A stretch of DNA of 64,000 nucleotides from an uncultured delta proteobacterium (GCA_963760605.1 CAVXFA010000058.1:14790-78789), one strand, 5' to 3'; positions 49,672 to 61,034 are shown, numbered from the stretch's first letter. The notes: a model not told the origin generated them from the sequence alone. Numbers and translations: made by a program.

Positions 49672-50892
49672 TCAGATTAACAAAATGGGATTTTCCAGAC
49701 CGTGTTTAAGGTCCTGGAGGAACTTGGCTCCCATTGCCCCATCCACAATCCGGTGGTCAACGGCCAGAGTCATTTCCGCTATCGGTCGGATCACCACACA
49801 ATCATTCCGGACCACTGGCTTGTCCATGATCTTGCCAATGGACAAAATCCCGCCCTGGGGTGGGTTGAGAATCGAGGTGAAAAAAACAATGTCATACATC
49901 CCCAAGTTCGAGACGGTGAAGGTCCCCCGTTCGATCTCGTCGAGCGAGAGGCGGCCCTGACGGGCCCGCTCCACCAGATCTTTCCGTTCCTGGGCAATCT
50001 GCGAAAGTCTTTTCTGATCAGCCCTTTCCACGGCAGGAACGATCAGCCCGTCGTCCAGAGCCACGGCCAAGCCGATGTTGATGGTTCTTAGGATTTCAAC
50101 CTGATCACCGTTAAGCCTCGAGTTCAGTCGGGGATGATCCCGCAGGGTGGTAGCCACGGCTTTGATAAAAATGTCGTTTAGGGAAAATTTGGCCTCGCCC
50201 GCAGCCCCCATTTTCTCGCTTTGCGAATCCAGCCACCTTTTTACCTCTGTCATATCCACTTCCGTACCGAGGTTGAAATGGGGTGCATCATGAAAGCTTT
50301 GGGATAGGCGCCGGGCGATGGTTCGGCGCATGCTCGTCATGGGAATGATATCGGCAACTTCGACGAGTCCGAAAGGAGGACGCGGTTCAATTTTTAGCGG
50401 CTTGGCCTCGCTCAGATATTTTTCAATATCGGCCACGCTAATCCTTCCCGAAGGGCCCGAACCCGCTACAGAAGAAAGGTCAATACCCTTTTCTTTGGCC
50501 ATCTTTTTGGCCAGGGGTGAAGCAAAGACTCGTTCCCTGATTGGTGGAGCAAGGGGGGAGGAAATGGCTTCCTTTTTTTCGCTTACCTGAACCTTTTCTG
50601 GAATCGGCGCGTCTATTTTCTCTTTCGGGTGGAGGCGGAGGTCGATTTGCTCTTCCGCTCCTCCAATCATAGCGATCAACCCCCCTACCGGCACCTCGTC
50701 ACCCACCTTCACCAGAATCGCCTTCACCACCCCACTGGCGGGAGACTCGATCCCGTAGTTCACTTTGTCGGTTTCAATCTCCAGCAAGATCTCCCCGGCC
50801 TCTACTGGATCCCCCACCGATTTCAGCCATTTTAAAATCTTGGCCACGGTCATCGTATAACCCAGGTTGGGTATGGTTACTTCGGTTGCCAC
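49672..50892 (-). CDS. acoC: Dihydrolipoamide acyltransferase E2 (AcoC/PdhC-like), single lipoyl domain
   Basis: EIETDKVN lipoyl-Lys, FASPLAKK E3-binding domain, DHRIVDG catalytic motif. Confidence 0.88.
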   Translation of the reverse strand: MATEVTIPNLGYTMTVAKILKWLKSVGDPVEAGEILLEIETDKVNYGIESPASGVVKAILVKVGDEVPVGGLIAMIGGAEEQIDLRLHPKEKIDAPIPEKVQVSEKKEAISSPLAPPIRERVFASPLAKKMAKEKGIDLSSVAGSGPSGRISVADIEKYLSEAKPLKIEPRPPFGLVEVADIIPMTSMRRTIARRLSQSFHDAPHFNLGTEVDMTEVKRWLDSQSEKMGAAGEAKFSLNDIFIKAVATTLRDHPRLNSRLNGDQVEILRTINIGLAVALDDGLIVPAVERADQKRLSQIAQERKDLVERARQGRLSLDEIERGTFTVSNLGMYDIVFFTSILNPPQGGILSIGKIMDKPVVRNDCVVIRPIAEMTLAVDHRIVDGAMGAKFLQDLKHGLENPILLI

Positions 50893-50947
50893 AGTCTTTC
50901 TCCTTCTTAGAATCGCGAGGTCGAAAAGGGATTACTCTTTTTTTGCT

Positions 50948-51923
50948 TCAGAAGGACATCAAACCTCTGACCGCTTCGATAATTTTTTGCTCATTGGGAA
51001 ATGACGAAGTTTTCCAGGGCCAGGTTAAAAGGAATGGGGGTATCCAGGGAGGCAACTCGCCGGATCGGCGCATCCAGCTCATCCAGAACCTCTTCGGCAA
51101 TCAAAGCCCCAATCTCTCCCCCGACCCCCCCTCTCTTGGGTCCTTCCTCAACAATGACAACCCGATGAGTTTGCCTCACCGAATCCAGGATGGCCTTGGT
51201 GTCGAGCGGAACCAGGGTCCGGGGATCCAAAACAGTCACCTGGACCCCCTCTTTCCCCAGCTGCTCGGCGGCTTTCAACGCTTCCGACACCATCCGGCCA
51301 ATGGCCACGATGGTTACATCCTTGCCTTCACGGTGGATTCTGGCCTCCCCGAAAGGAATTAGGTATTCTTCTTCGGGTACCGGACCGGTCGTCTGGTAGA
51401 GTAACCTCCGTTCTATGAAGAGCACGGGGTTGTCATCTCGAATCGCTGTCTTCAGAAGCCCTTTGGCATCATAGGGCGTTGCGGGAACGGCTACCTTCAG
51501 GCCGGGGACGTTCATGAACCAAGCATCCAAGGTCTGGGAGTGCTGGGCCGCAAATCCCCCCCACTTCCCCGCGGGGGTCCGCACGACCAACGGAAAAGAA
51601 ACCTGCCCCCCGGACATGTACCGCAGCTTGGCGGCGGAATTACAGATTTGGTCCATGCACATCGGCAGGAGATCACAGAATTGAATCTCCGGAACCGGCC
51701 GCATGCCCATCATGGCAGCGCCCACGGCAACCCCCACGATCGTCTGTTCACAAATCGGGGTGTCAAAAACCCTCTCCCGGCCGAACTCGTCGATCAACCC
51801 CTTGCATACCGTAAAGGCATAGCCCAGCTCCACATCCTCCCCGTACACAAAGACTCTCTTATCCCGACGCATTTCTTCGGCCAGCGCCTCACACAAAGCG
51901 GTTGCATATTTGATCTCTCTCAT
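50948..51923 (-). CDS. acoB: TPP-dependent dehydrogenase E1 beta subunit (AcoB-like); one extra base near 50997
   Basis: DTPICEQ, PEIQF.D, AQHSQ, DPRTLVPLD. Removing one T restores VIPNEQKIIEAVRGLMSF* ending at 50948. Confidence 0.88.
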
Positions 51924-51944
51924 GGTTGTTTGGATCCCCCTCTC

Positions 51945-52910
51945 TTAGACGTAGACATCTTCTAAGGCAACTTTGATATCCGGCTGAGGACTGGCTTCGG
52001 CATAACGGATCGCTTCCTCTATGGCCTCCGCAACTTCCTTGTCAATCCGCTCGATTTCCTCCGGGCTCAATTCACCCTGCTTGATCAAAAGTAGCCGGGG
52101 ATCCCTCTTCTTCCAGGAATCCAGCTCCTCTTTGGTGCGATACGGCCCGTAGGGGGGATCTCCCCGGGAGTGTCCCAAAAAGCGGTAGGTCTTGCACTCC
52201 AGAAGAGAAGGACCTTCCCCTCTCCGGGCCCTCTCCACAGCCTCCTTCGCCGCCCTGTAGACGGCCAGCACGTCCATGCCGTCTACCACTACGCCCGGCA
52301 TGTTATAGCCCTTGGCCCGGACGGCAATATCCTCAACCGACGTGCTCTTTTTCACCGAGACGCTAATCCCGTAGAGGTTGTTTTCGCAGACGAAGACGAC
52401 CGGTAGTTTCCACAAAGACGACACGTTGTGGGCCTCGTGGAATGGGCCCCCGTTGGAGGCATTATCCCCAAAAAAGCAAACACAAACCTGCCCGCTCTTC
52501 TGCATCTTGATGGCCAACCCCACCCCCGCGGCGATCGGCATTCCTGCGCCCACAATCCCCATCGCGCCCAGCATGCCCCTTTTCACATCCACGATGTGCA
52601 TGGATCCCCCCTTACCCCGGCACAACCCCGTAGCCTTGCCAAAAAGCTCAGCCATCATGGCCTTCAAATCCGCTCCCCGCATTAAGCAATGTCCATGACC
52701 TCGATGGGTCGCGACCACCAGGTCACGCTCTTCCAGGGCTGCGGAAACCCCCACGGCGACCGCTTCCTGCCCCACCGAGGTATGCACGGCTCCGGTGATC
52801 TTGCCCTGCCGGAAAAATTCATCCACCTTCTCCTCAAACCGGCGAATCGTCATCAACCTCCGGTACCACTCCCGAAATTTCTCCTTCGATGTCTCTGTTG
52901 TTTTAGCCAT
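51945..52910 (-). CDS. acoA: TPP-dependent dehydrogenase E1 alpha subunit (AcoA-like)
   Basis: GAVHTSVGQEA, THRGHGH, GKGGSMH, FFGDNASN..F.EAHN TPP motif, TYRFLGHS. Confidence 0.88.
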   Translation of the reverse strand: MAKTTETSKEKFREWYRRLMTIRRFEEKVDEFFRQGKITGAVHTSVGQEAVAVGVSAALEERDLVVATHRGHGHCLMRGADLKAMMAELFGKATGLCRGKGGSMHIVDVKRGMLGAMGIVGAGMPIAAGVGLAIKMQKSGQVCVCFFGDNASNGGPFHEAHNVSSLWKLPVVFVCENNLYGISVSVKKSTSVEDIAVRAKGYNMPGVVVDGMDVLAVYRAAKEAVERARRGEGPSLLECKTYRFLGHSRGDPPYGPYRTKEELDSWKKRDPRLLLIKQGELSPEEIERIDKEVAEAIEEAIRYAEASPQPDIKVALEDVYV

Positions 52911-53619
52911 TTTTCTCCTCACAATCTAGGGGTAATTTTGAAATGGTTTTCCGCTAGCCTGAAGGTGCTTTTGGAATTCCTTTGCCCACCAAAATTTTAA
53001 ATATACCATATGACCGCTGGAAGTTCTAACCCTTTCTTTTAGAAATCATATCCTCAAAGGCTCCTCCGACCACAGAATCCCCTTGCTCCTGAATTTCTTT
53101 CCTGGCCCGGAGATTTTTCGGCATATTGTAATGCGGTACTCTGGGTAAGTTGAAGAATGGCCGTCTGGGTCGTGCATTGAACTTTGACTTGAATTCGTTT
53201 AGTAGTATACAAGTTTTGTGAAATCTTGCAATTTAAAATTTGGCTCATGCTCTATGAATCATGCATTTCCTATCCCTTGTAACCTCAACCTATACTATTT
53301 GAGATTAGGAGGGGAGCTATGGGCAAGCCTGGGCAATGATTGAAAATAATTTGGGATTGGCTCAGCCAGTATGCAGAAGGATCTCCTAAAATTCCTTGAC
53401 AGTATCCAGATTACGGGTAGACTATTGTTACCAATATATGCTATGATTTTTATAGCAATTTTCCCCACTCACCAAATGTGAAGCCGGAGTAAAACCCGGA
53501 GAGCCAAGGAATTGACTATTCATGCCAAGGTCCCCGCACAGTAAGGCCAGCCGGGAATAAAGAGAGATCGGGCCATTGCGAGATAAAGGATCTTTGGAAG
53601 AAACAGAAAGGAAGGGATC

Positions 53620-54477
53620 ATGATGAAAAAACAGGCATTCATCGCCGGGTTGACTCTGGTCGTAGTCGCGAGTGCTCTTCTGGTATTTTGGCTCTCTTCC
53701 AGAGCAAAGCCTCCTGAGCCGACGAGGCGAGAATCTTCGCTGCAACCTTCAACCGAGCGCCAGAGACCAGACATACAGTTCCAACCATCCCAAAAGGAGA
53801 CTGCTCAGGGGGAAGAAAAACGCGTGGCAGTACCACAGGGAAAGCCAAAAAGCTTGGCCAGGCAGCCGGATGGTGAAGCCTACTCCTTTGCCTCTGCAAC
53901 CTGGATGATGGAACAACAACGGATTGATCCCGGTGGTTTGACGAAGGAACATACCATGTCGTGGGTCTGGATCAAAGGGAACCGAAAAAGGGTGGATACC
54001 TTCAGAACGCTTGGGTCTTGGGCGGGAACCGCTGCCCAGCCAGCGGTCATTGTCTTTACGGACGAGAAGTATGTATACGAATACCTTCCTGATCGACAAA
54101 AGATGGTGAAGGTTCCTTGCCACGTAAGTTTGGAAGTTCTCTCTAAGAAATGGACCAAGAAAAGGAGTGAGGAAAGAGTCGGCCGTGAGGTGGTCGATGG
54201 GAAACTTTGCGATACCTACCTCCTGGTGAACGACGTGAGTGTCGCCGGCCTGGGCACGGTAGCAATGGAAGTCAAAGAATCTCGATGGCAAGGTCTGGTT
54301 CTCAAGAGCGTGTCCCGGACCCTCGGGGACAGCATTCGAGATATCCTCGTCACCGAACTGAAAGATGTCCGCCTGGACGTTCCCATCCCCGATGAGAAAT
54401 TCATCCTTCCGACAGGGGTGACGGTCCAGGAAATAAAAGCCCCTCCCGATGAAGCTATTCAGGCATCTATTCGTTGA
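53620..54477 (+). CDS. Membrane-anchored periplasmic protein with LolA-like/DUF4412-like beta-sheet domain
   Basis: N-terminal TM segment, Pro/Gln linker, WVWIKGNRKRVD, VYEYLP..KMVKV, GREVVDGKLCD, VPIPDEKFILP. Confidence 0.65.
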   Translation: MMKKQAFIAGLTLVVVASALLVFWLSSRAKPPEPTRRESSLQPSTERQRPDIQFQPSQKETAQGEEKRVAVPQGKPKSLARQPDGEAYSFASATWMMEQQRIDPGGLTKEHTMSWVWIKGNRKRVDTFRTLGSWAGTAAQPAVIVFTDEKYVYEYLPDRQKMVKVPCHVSLEVLSKKWTKKRSEERVGREVVDGKLCDTYLLVNDVSVAGLGTVAMEVKESRWQGLVLKSVSRTLGDSIRDILVTELKDVRLDVPIPDEKFILPTGVTVQEIKAPPDEAIQASIR

Positions 54478-54484
54478 AGCAATC

Positions 54485-55978
54485 CTACAGGATTCCGGCC
54501 TCGACGAGCCCTTTGTAGGCGATGGCGCAGCCAAGAAGGGTGACCACCACGGCGCTAGCCACGGGGAGGTAGCCGATCATCCTTCCCTCACCGGTGAAGC
54601 GTGTCATCATGGGTTTGGCAATGACCAGGAGTACCCCGATTGCCACCAGCACAAGGGCCAAACCCACGCTAAAGCTAACCAGGATCACTAGGCCCAGGGT
54701 AACTCTGTTCAAGGCGAAGGCGATCATCAACACTACCAATGCTTCGGGGCAAGGGACGATTCCTCCGGAGATACCCAAGGCGAAGAGGCTTCCGAGGGAG
54801 ACATCTGAGGCTTTTGAGGGTCGGGGAGTCTTTAGTATTTCCGATCCATGGGTGTGACCGCCGATGGCTTCATGCTGATGGGAATGCTCATGCCCATGGT
54901 CGTGGTGGTGGGGATACCCGTGCTCATGGCTGTGGCCTCCTGCCGAGGACCATCGTCTAAAAAGAAGCCAGATCCCCATCCCGGCCACAAGGACACCGGA
55001 GAGGGCTGTTAGCCAGGGGAAGAGCGTCTGAGGCATCACATACTGGGAGGCGAAGAGCATCCCTACCCCCAACACAAAAACTGAGAAGGTATGAGTCATC
55101 GTAACGATAACGCCTAGAAGGATGGCATCCCACACCCGGCCTTTCGTCCCCACCAGGTAAGCCGCCACGATGGTCTTACCATGCCCGGGGGTGAGGGCGT
55201 GCGCCGCCCCGAAGACGAAGGCGATCAGCAGGGGCGCTGCCAAGGACTTGATATCCCACCGAGGATTGTTGATCATATCTCTCAGCCGTTCGCGGAGGGT
55301 TCCCCCACCGAGGGTCGAGGCGATGACCGTTTCCTTGCCACCTTTCTGACCCGAGGCCCCTCCTCCGGCACTCCCAATCTCATCAGTACGGTAGCGCACC
55401 GTGACCGTCCGTTCGTTCTTTCTGCCGGCGAGGAGCGCCATTGCCTTTCCCTTTGAGTCTTGGGGAAGCGGGCGATCCTCAGGGATCATCCATTCCAGCA
55501 CTTTAACCCTTCCGGCAGCGATCAGCGAGGTCTTGAGACGGCCGGGAAGTGCCAGAAAGGTGCCGTCATAAAAAGCAATCCGGTGTTCGCCGGGGGAAAG
55601 GGCCGACAGATTCGAGACAAACCGGTACCGTCTAGCCCGAAGGCTATGGAAGTCGACGGACCCAATCAAATCAACCTTCTGACCATCCACCGTCAGGGAG
55701 AGGAAACCTTTTAGATTGGAGAGCATCAGGGTCTTGAACATCTCCTCCTCCTCCGGAGAGACCTTGCCATCTTTGTCGAGGTCCATCACCTGCAAATCGG
55801 CCGCCACTGCCCCCTCCTCCAGGTAAGTCGAATAGTTGATGACCACCTGATCGTCGAGGATCTTCACCTCGGTCCAATGATTGACGCCGGGATCAGCGAC
55901 AAAATTATGGGCGACGGATGGGGAGGGTAGGAACAATAGCAAAAAGAAAGGAAGAAGATACCTGAGAGGCCTGACCAT
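54485..55978 (-). CDS. Fusion of exported N-terminal domain (DUF1007-like) and RcnA/HoxN-type Ni/Co permease with His-rich loop
   Basis: Signal peptide ending SVA-HNF, AHALTPGHGKTIVAAYLVG, THTFSV, His-rich GHSHEHGYPHHHDHGHEHSHQHE, GGIVPCPEA. Confidence 0.85.
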   Translation of the reverse strand: MVRPLRYLLPFFLLLFLPSPSVAHNFVADPGVNHWTEVKILDDQVVINYSTYLEEGAVAADLQVMDLDKDGKVSPEEEEMFKTLMLSNLKGFLSLTVDGQKVDLIGSVDFHSLRARRYRFVSNLSALSPGEHRIAFYDGTFLALPGRLKTSLIAAGRVKVLEWMIPEDRPLPQDSKGKAMALLAGRKNERTVTVRYRTDEIGSAGGGASGQKGGKETVIASTLGGGTLRERLRDMINNPRWDIKSLAAPLLIAFVFGAAHALTPGHGKTIVAAYLVGTKGRVWDAILLGVIVTMTHTFSVFVLGVGMLFASQYVMPQTLFPWLTALSGVLVAGMGIWLLFRRWSSAGGHSHEHGYPHHHDHGHEHSHQHEAIGGHTHGSEILKTPRPSKASDVSLGSLFALGISGGIVPCPEALVVLMIAFALNRVTLGLVILVSFSVGLALVLVAIGVLLVIAKPMMTRFTGEGRMIGYLPVASAVVVTLLGCAIAYKGLVEAGIL

Positions 55979-56168
55979 GAATCGATCCCCCTGGTGAATA
56001 GTTTCTCTGCACATCTTTATAAGCGCTCCTTTTCTCTTCACCCTCTTCCTCTTCCCCTTGAACCCCACCTTCCACGCAATGCTTTCGGCGGTGGCACCAG
56101 CAGCGTTGACCCGCAGCGATCTGTGCTCCAGGTGGCCGATCGGTCCACAAGCGGCAACCTTCTGTGTC

Positions 56169-59100
56169 TCAGGGGTTGACCGACGCTCTCCGACGCCGCC
56201 ATCTTTCGATCAACTCGTCGAGCAGGGTGTAGACTACGGGCACCACGGCGAGGGTCAAAAGAGTAGAAGTGATCAGGCCACCGATGACCGCCACCGCCAT
56301 TGGCTGGCGCATCTCGGCTTCGCTCCCCAGGCCCAGGGCCACCGGCAGCATGCCAAAGATCATGGCCATGGTCGTCATCAGGATGGGGCGAAGCCGGATG
56401 GGGGCCGCCGTCAGCACCGCCTCCTGTCTGGAGAGCCCCCTTTCGCGCAGGGTCTTGGTGTAATCCACCAGGAGGATGGCGTTCTTCGTCACCAGGCCCA
56501 TCAGGAGAACGATGCCGATCAGCGACATCAGGTTGATCCTCATCCCGGTGAGGAAAAGGGCCACCAGCGCTCCGATGATCGCCAGTGGCAGGGAGAGCAT
56601 GATGGTAAAAGGGTGCAGGAATGAGCCGAACAGGGAGGCCAGGATCATGTAGATAAAGATCACGGATAGGATCAGGGCGCCGATCAGAGCCTTGAAGGAC
56701 TCCTCCATCTGAGCCACCTCGCTGGCAAACCCGACGCTGTATCCCGGGGGGAGTTTGAGTCGAGCCAGGCCAGCCCTGATATCTCGGGCCACATCCCCTA
56801 CCGGCCGTCCGGCCACCTGCGCGTAGACGGTGACCTGTCTCTGTCGGTTAACCCGCTCGATACGGGCAGGACCGCTGGCAGGAACCACCGACGCTACATC
56901 CCGCAAATACACCCGTTTTCCCTGGGAGGTAGTAAAAAAGAGATTTTCAATGCCCTTGCTGGAATCGCGCTGGGTCGGGATGAGGCGGACGCGCACATCG
57001 TACTCCCGGTTATACTCTTTGTATCGGGTGGCGACCCCGCCCTCGACCATAGTCCGCAGAACACTGGCCAGCTCCCCCATGCCCAGGCCATAGTCTCCGG
57101 CTTTGGCACGGTTGATCACCACGTCGTACTCCGGCTGGCCCCGCTGGATCGAGGCGAAGACGTCCGCTGTGCCCTTCACTCCCCGCACGATCTCCGCGAC
57201 GCTCCACCCCAGGCGATTGGCGGTATCGGTTCTGGGACCACGAATGAACACCTCGATGGGCGCCTGATAGGATGCCGCTCCCACCCCACCGGCGGTGGTG
57301 AAGCTGATCCTTGTCCCGGCGATCGGGGGCAGGGTGCGCCGAAGTTCAGCGATGATCTCTTCTTGAGACCGGCGCCGTTCTCGAAGCGGCTTCAGCTTCA
57401 CCCCCAGAGTTGCGGTATTGATCTCGCCGCCAAACACCGAACCGATGGCCGTGAACACCGTCTCGACCTCCGGCCGATCCACCAAGGAGCGGAACAAGAT
57501 GGCTGTGGCGTTTACCATATCGTACATCCGCGCGCCGGGATCCTTCTCCAGAAAGATATTGAATTCACCAGCATCTACCGGCGCCAAGAACTCCCGGCCG
57601 ATGAAGGGAAGCAGGGCAAGGCTGGCTACGAGGATGGCGAGAGCGATCGCCAGGACGCGGCCGCGATGGGCCAGTACCCATTCCAGAAAACCCCGATACC
57701 CCCTATCCAGGCGGTCGTACAGTTCGATCCAGCCGGCAAAGAGTCGGCCAATCCTGGTCCGCCGCCGCTCGGTCTTGTCGAATACCCGCATGAAGCGGGA
57801 AGAGAGCATCGGGTCCAGGGTGAAGGCGACAAACAAGGAGACCAGGACCGCCGCGGCCACAGTCAGGCCGAACTGGTGATAAAAGCGCCCCACCGCCCCA
57901 GACATGAAGGCCACCGGTACAAAGACGGCGACGATAGCAAGGGTGGTGGCATTGACCGCCAGGCCTACCTCAGAGGTGCCACGCTGGGCCGCCGTCACCG
58001 GATCCTCCCCCGCCTCCATATGACGAAAAATGCTCTCCCGCACCACCACCGAATCGTCAATCAAAAACCCGATGGCCAGGGATAGGCCCAACAGGGTCAT
58101 GACGTTTATGCTATACCCCAGCGCATAGAGCAGGGCGAAGGTCGCGATAACTGATGTGGGGAGGGCCAGGGCGGCGATGATGGTGCTTCGCCAATCCAGC
58201 ATAAACAGGAACACAACCACAATGGCCAGGATGCCGCCCAGGATGAGACTGTTCCCTACATCCCGCACGGAATTGACGATACGGGTAGAGGCATCCCGCA
58301 GGGTGGTAATCTGCACGCCGCTGGGGAGGGTGGAAGTGAGCTTCTTCAGCTCGGCGTGGACTCGGCGGCCCACACTCACGGTATTGCTGCCCGACTGCCG
58401 GTGAATGGAGAAGATCACCGCCTTGCCCTTGTTGATGTCTGCGGCGATCCGGACGTCTTTAAATGCATCTTGAATCATGGCCAGATCGCGGAGATAAATG
58501 GGGACACCGTTGGTCTGGGCCACCACCATATCGAGGATGTCGTCCAGGCTGGCAAATTCCCCCTTCGTGCGGAGCAGCACCTCGCCAGTCCGTTCCGTGA
58601 TGAGTCCACCGGGGGCGCTTTGATTCTCCTCCGCCAACCGATCAATCACCTGCTTGGTAGACAGCCCGTTGGCTGCCAGGCGTTCAAAATCCAGGGAGAC
58701 ATGAATTTCTCGTTCGATGCCGCCCAGGACCTCCACGGAGGCCACGCCGTCCAGCGCCTCCAGGCGAGGCTTGACGTCTTCCAGAGCGATGTGCCGGAGT
58801 TGATCCGGCATTACGAGATCGCTGCTCAACCCCAAGAGCATGATCGGCTCGGCGGCCGGATCGTATCGGCGGATGCTGGGTTCGGTGATCCCCTGCGGCA
58901 ACTGGGGACGGATGGCGGAAAGCGCCTCGCTCACCCGTAGCGGCGCTTCGACCAGAGGGGTTTGCAGGGTAAATTCGACGATTACCCGGGAGAGTCCGAC
59001 GCTGGAGACCGATCTCACCTGTTTCAGACCCTTCAGGGAGCTGACTGCATCCTCGATTGGCTGGGTGACCAGCTTCTGCATTTCCTCAGGGCTGGCCCCG

Positions 59101-59255
59101 GAATACTGGGTGGTCACGAGGACCACGGGCGGGAACACGTCAGGGAAGAGCTCGACCCCCAGCAAGGAAAGCGACACCAGCCCCAGGACCCCCAGGGCTA
59201 GGATTACCATGGTGGTGAAGACAGGATATTTGATGGCCTGGTTCGATAGGTACAT
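56169..59255 (-). CDS. RND efflux transporter permease (AcrB/HAE1-like)
   Basis: 1028 aa, [35 protein letters not shown] proton-relay residues. Confidence 0.95.
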   Translation of the reverse strand: MYLSNQAIKYPVFTTMVILALGVLGLVSLSLLGVELFPDVFPPVVLVTTQYSGASPEEMQKLVTQPIEDAVSSLKGLKQVRSVSSVGLSRVIVEFTLQTPLVEAPLRVSEALSAIRPQLPQGITEPSIRRYDPAAEPIMLLGLSSDLVMPDQLRHIALEDVKPRLEALDGVASVEVLGGIEREIHVSLDFERLAANGLSTKQVIDRLAEENQSAPGGLITERTGEVLLRTKGEFASLDDILDMVVAQTNGVPIYLRDLAMIQDAFKDVRIAADINKGKAVIFSIHRQSGSNTVSVGRRVHAELKKLTSTLPSGVQITTLRDASTRIVNSVRDVGNSLILGGILAIVVVFLFMLDWRSTIIAALALPTSVIATFALLYALGYSINVMTLLGLSLAIGFLIDDSVVVRESIFRHMEAGEDPVTAAQRGTSEVGLAVNATTLAIVAVFVPVAFMSGAVGRFYHQFGLTVAAAVLVSLFVAFTLDPMLSSRFMRVFDKTERRRTRIGRLFAGWIELYDRLDRGYRGFLEWVLAHRGRVLAIALAILVASLALLPFIGREFLAPVDAGEFNIFLEKDPGARMYDMVNATAILFRSLVDRPEVETVFTAIGSVFGGEINTATLGVKLKPLRERRRSQEEIIAELRRTLPPIAGTRISFTTAGGVGAASYQAPIEVFIRGPRTDTANRLGWSVAEIVRGVKGTADVFASIQRGQPEYDVVINRAKAGDYGLGMGELASVLRTMVEGGVATRYKEYNREYDVRVRLIPTQRDSSKGIENLFFTTSQGKRVYLRDVASVVPASGPARIERVNRQRQVTVYAQVAGRPVGDVARDIRAGLARLKLPPGYSVGFASEVAQMEESFKALIGALILSVIFIYMILASLFGSFLHPFTIMLSLPLAIIGALVALFLTGMRINLMSLIGIVLLMGLVTKNAILLVDYTKTLRERGLSRQEAVLTAAPIRLRPILMTTMAMIFGMLPVALGLGSEAEMRQPMAVAVIGGLITSTLLTLAVVPVVYTLLDELIERWRRRRASVNP

Positions 59256-60254
59256 CAGCGGATGACTCTCACCCTTTGGCCATCATTCACCATACGGGCG
59301 CCAATGGTGACCACTTCATCCCCTTCCTGCACGCTCCCTTTCGGCCGGTAGGCGGTGTGCTCCCCGCTCGTGCTGGGGTTCCGGGATCCCGCCGGGTTCA
59401 GAACCTGGACCCACCTGTTATCGGAGGCCCCTCGCATTCACCTCCAGTTCATGCACGGTATTATCTCTGACAACATAGACAAGGGCGGACTCGTCCCCCG
59501 CGATTAGCGCCTCCTTCGGCACCATTATGACATTTTCCAGCTTTTCCTTCACCACCCCGACCATGGCAAACATGCCAGGCTTCAGGCGGTGGTCCCGGTT
59601 GTCAATGGTAACTTCAGCCCTGGCCATGCGGCTGCTCACGTCCAGGCTGGGGCTAACGCTGGTAATCTTGCCCTTGAAAATGGCCAATGGAAAGTGATCC
59701 AGCGGATAGGCCTCAAACCTGACCCGGGCCTCCATGCCCACTTTCATAAACGTCGTAAGCGTCTCGGGCACGCCCACCTGGACCTTCACTACTTCCGTAT
59801 CCGCGATGGCAAAGAGCGGCTTCGCGCCAGCTCTGTCCAAGGCTATGGCAATGTCCCCCGGTTCACAGGATCGCTGTTCGACGATGCCGGAGATGGGCGA
59901 TCTGATTGAGACGGAATCCCCGCCGTTACCTTGGACTACCGCCAGGATGTCGTCTTTTTTGACCCTGCCTCCCTCTTTCACCCTGACCTCTTGAACTTGT
60001 CCGGTCACCCTGGAAAAGACATCCACCCTGGCCTGGGGAACGACCGTGCCGCCCATGGAGATTAACTCTTCAAGGTCTCCCCGGATGACCTTAGCCACCA
60101 ACACCGGGAAGGCACTCTCCTGGTCCGAGGCTGTGATCCCCGCTTTCTCTACGACGTGTCGGGATTGGTATACCCGATACCCAATAAGGATCACCAGGAG
60201 CAGGAGCCCCACTAAGGCCGTGATCAATCTTTTGCTGGCCGTAATACGTGCCAT
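59255..60254 (-). CDS. RND periplasmic adaptor (MFP) lacking the alpha-helical hairpin; frameshift near 59427
   Basis: N-terminal TM segment, lipoyl-like halves SRVTGQVQEVRVKEG..ILAVV and IRSPISGIV, LKPGMFA. The C-terminus ..VLNP..VQEGDEVVTIG..VNDGQRVRVIR is in ORF 59255-59437. Confidence 0.87.
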
Positions 60255-60359
60255 TTTGTCTATCTCCCTGGCCGCTGGGCGTGTCGGTCCGCTTTATCGC
60301 ACCGTCTTCTCATACTTCTCTCGAGTCATATACCCGCCTCTAATGATGGTCTCTTGCTG

Positions 60360-61034
60360 TCAAGGGATGTTAGGCACCTGCTTCTTGTACTCCCCTGGAG
60401 CCATATACCCGCTGGGCCTGCTTGCCCAGGCCCGGTGCACGTTTTCGACGTAAAGGGCCTTGAGCGTCGTCAGTTCATTTTGCAGGGCTTGGCCCTTATC
60501 CGCAGTGAAGGCGGGAGCATCAGGAAAACGCGCGCGGCCCGCTTCGAATGTCTTGATCGCCTTCTCCATCGCCTTCACTTCCCACGGTCCCACCCCGGCT
60601 CTTAGGTCTTTTTCTACATTGAAGCGTTTGCCCAGAAGCGCCCTCTCGCGACAAACATCGACGAGCTGCTGATACACCTCTACTGGCGCCCCTGACTGAC
60701 CATGAAGCTCTAGGGCTTTCTCCAGCTCGGTGATAGCTTTGCCGTATATCTCCTCCAATTTTTCGCGATTCTGTTCGCCTTTCGCCTCCCTCAGGTATGC
60801 TGCCCCCAGGAGGAAGTGGACCCGGGCCGCTTGAGGATTGGCTGCCAGGGCTTCCTGGAGGGCGACCTTCGCCTCCTTAAGCGAGGCTGCATCGTCCTTG
60901 GCCAAAAGGCGCTCGGCCCTCTCAAGCGGGGTTTCCTTCGGTTTCCCGCATCCCAAGAGGACCAGGGCCAAAATCAGGGGGAAAAAGGCCGTGATCAATC
61001 TTTTGCTGGCCGTAATACGTGCTATTTTGCCCAT
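60360..61034 (-). CDS. TPR-like lipoprotein, copy 2 (chimeric N-terminus)
   Basis: Lipobox LVLLG-C, TPR-like helices (NPQAARVHFLLG.AY, ELEKALEL); paralogue of 61087-61761. Confidence 0.8.
   Translation of the reverse strand: MGKIARITASKRLITAFFPLILALVLLGCGKPKETPLERAERLLAKDDAASLKEAKVALQEALAANPQAARVHFLLGAAYLREAKGEQNREKLEEIYGKAITELEKALELHGQSGAPVEVYQQLVDVCRERALLGKRFNVEKDLRAGVGPWEVKAMEKAIKTFEAGRARFPDAPAFTADKGQALQNELTTLKALYVENVHRAWASRPSGYMAPGEYKKQVPNIP

Noticed and set aside
53105-53345. Sigma-54 promoter (GGCATATTGTAATGC), GntR-like palindrome (TAGTATACAA) and an AGGAGG-led 6-codon ORF upstream of the catabolic island
   Set aside because: The GG-GC spacing is 11 rather than the required 10 nt; the palindrome is short and imperfect; the mini-ORF has no supporting evidence.
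53749-58940. Long antisense ORFs (53749-54534, 56058-56624, 57363-58085, 58356-58940)
   Set aside because: Shadows of GC-rich genuine genes on the opposite strand; no domain motifs.
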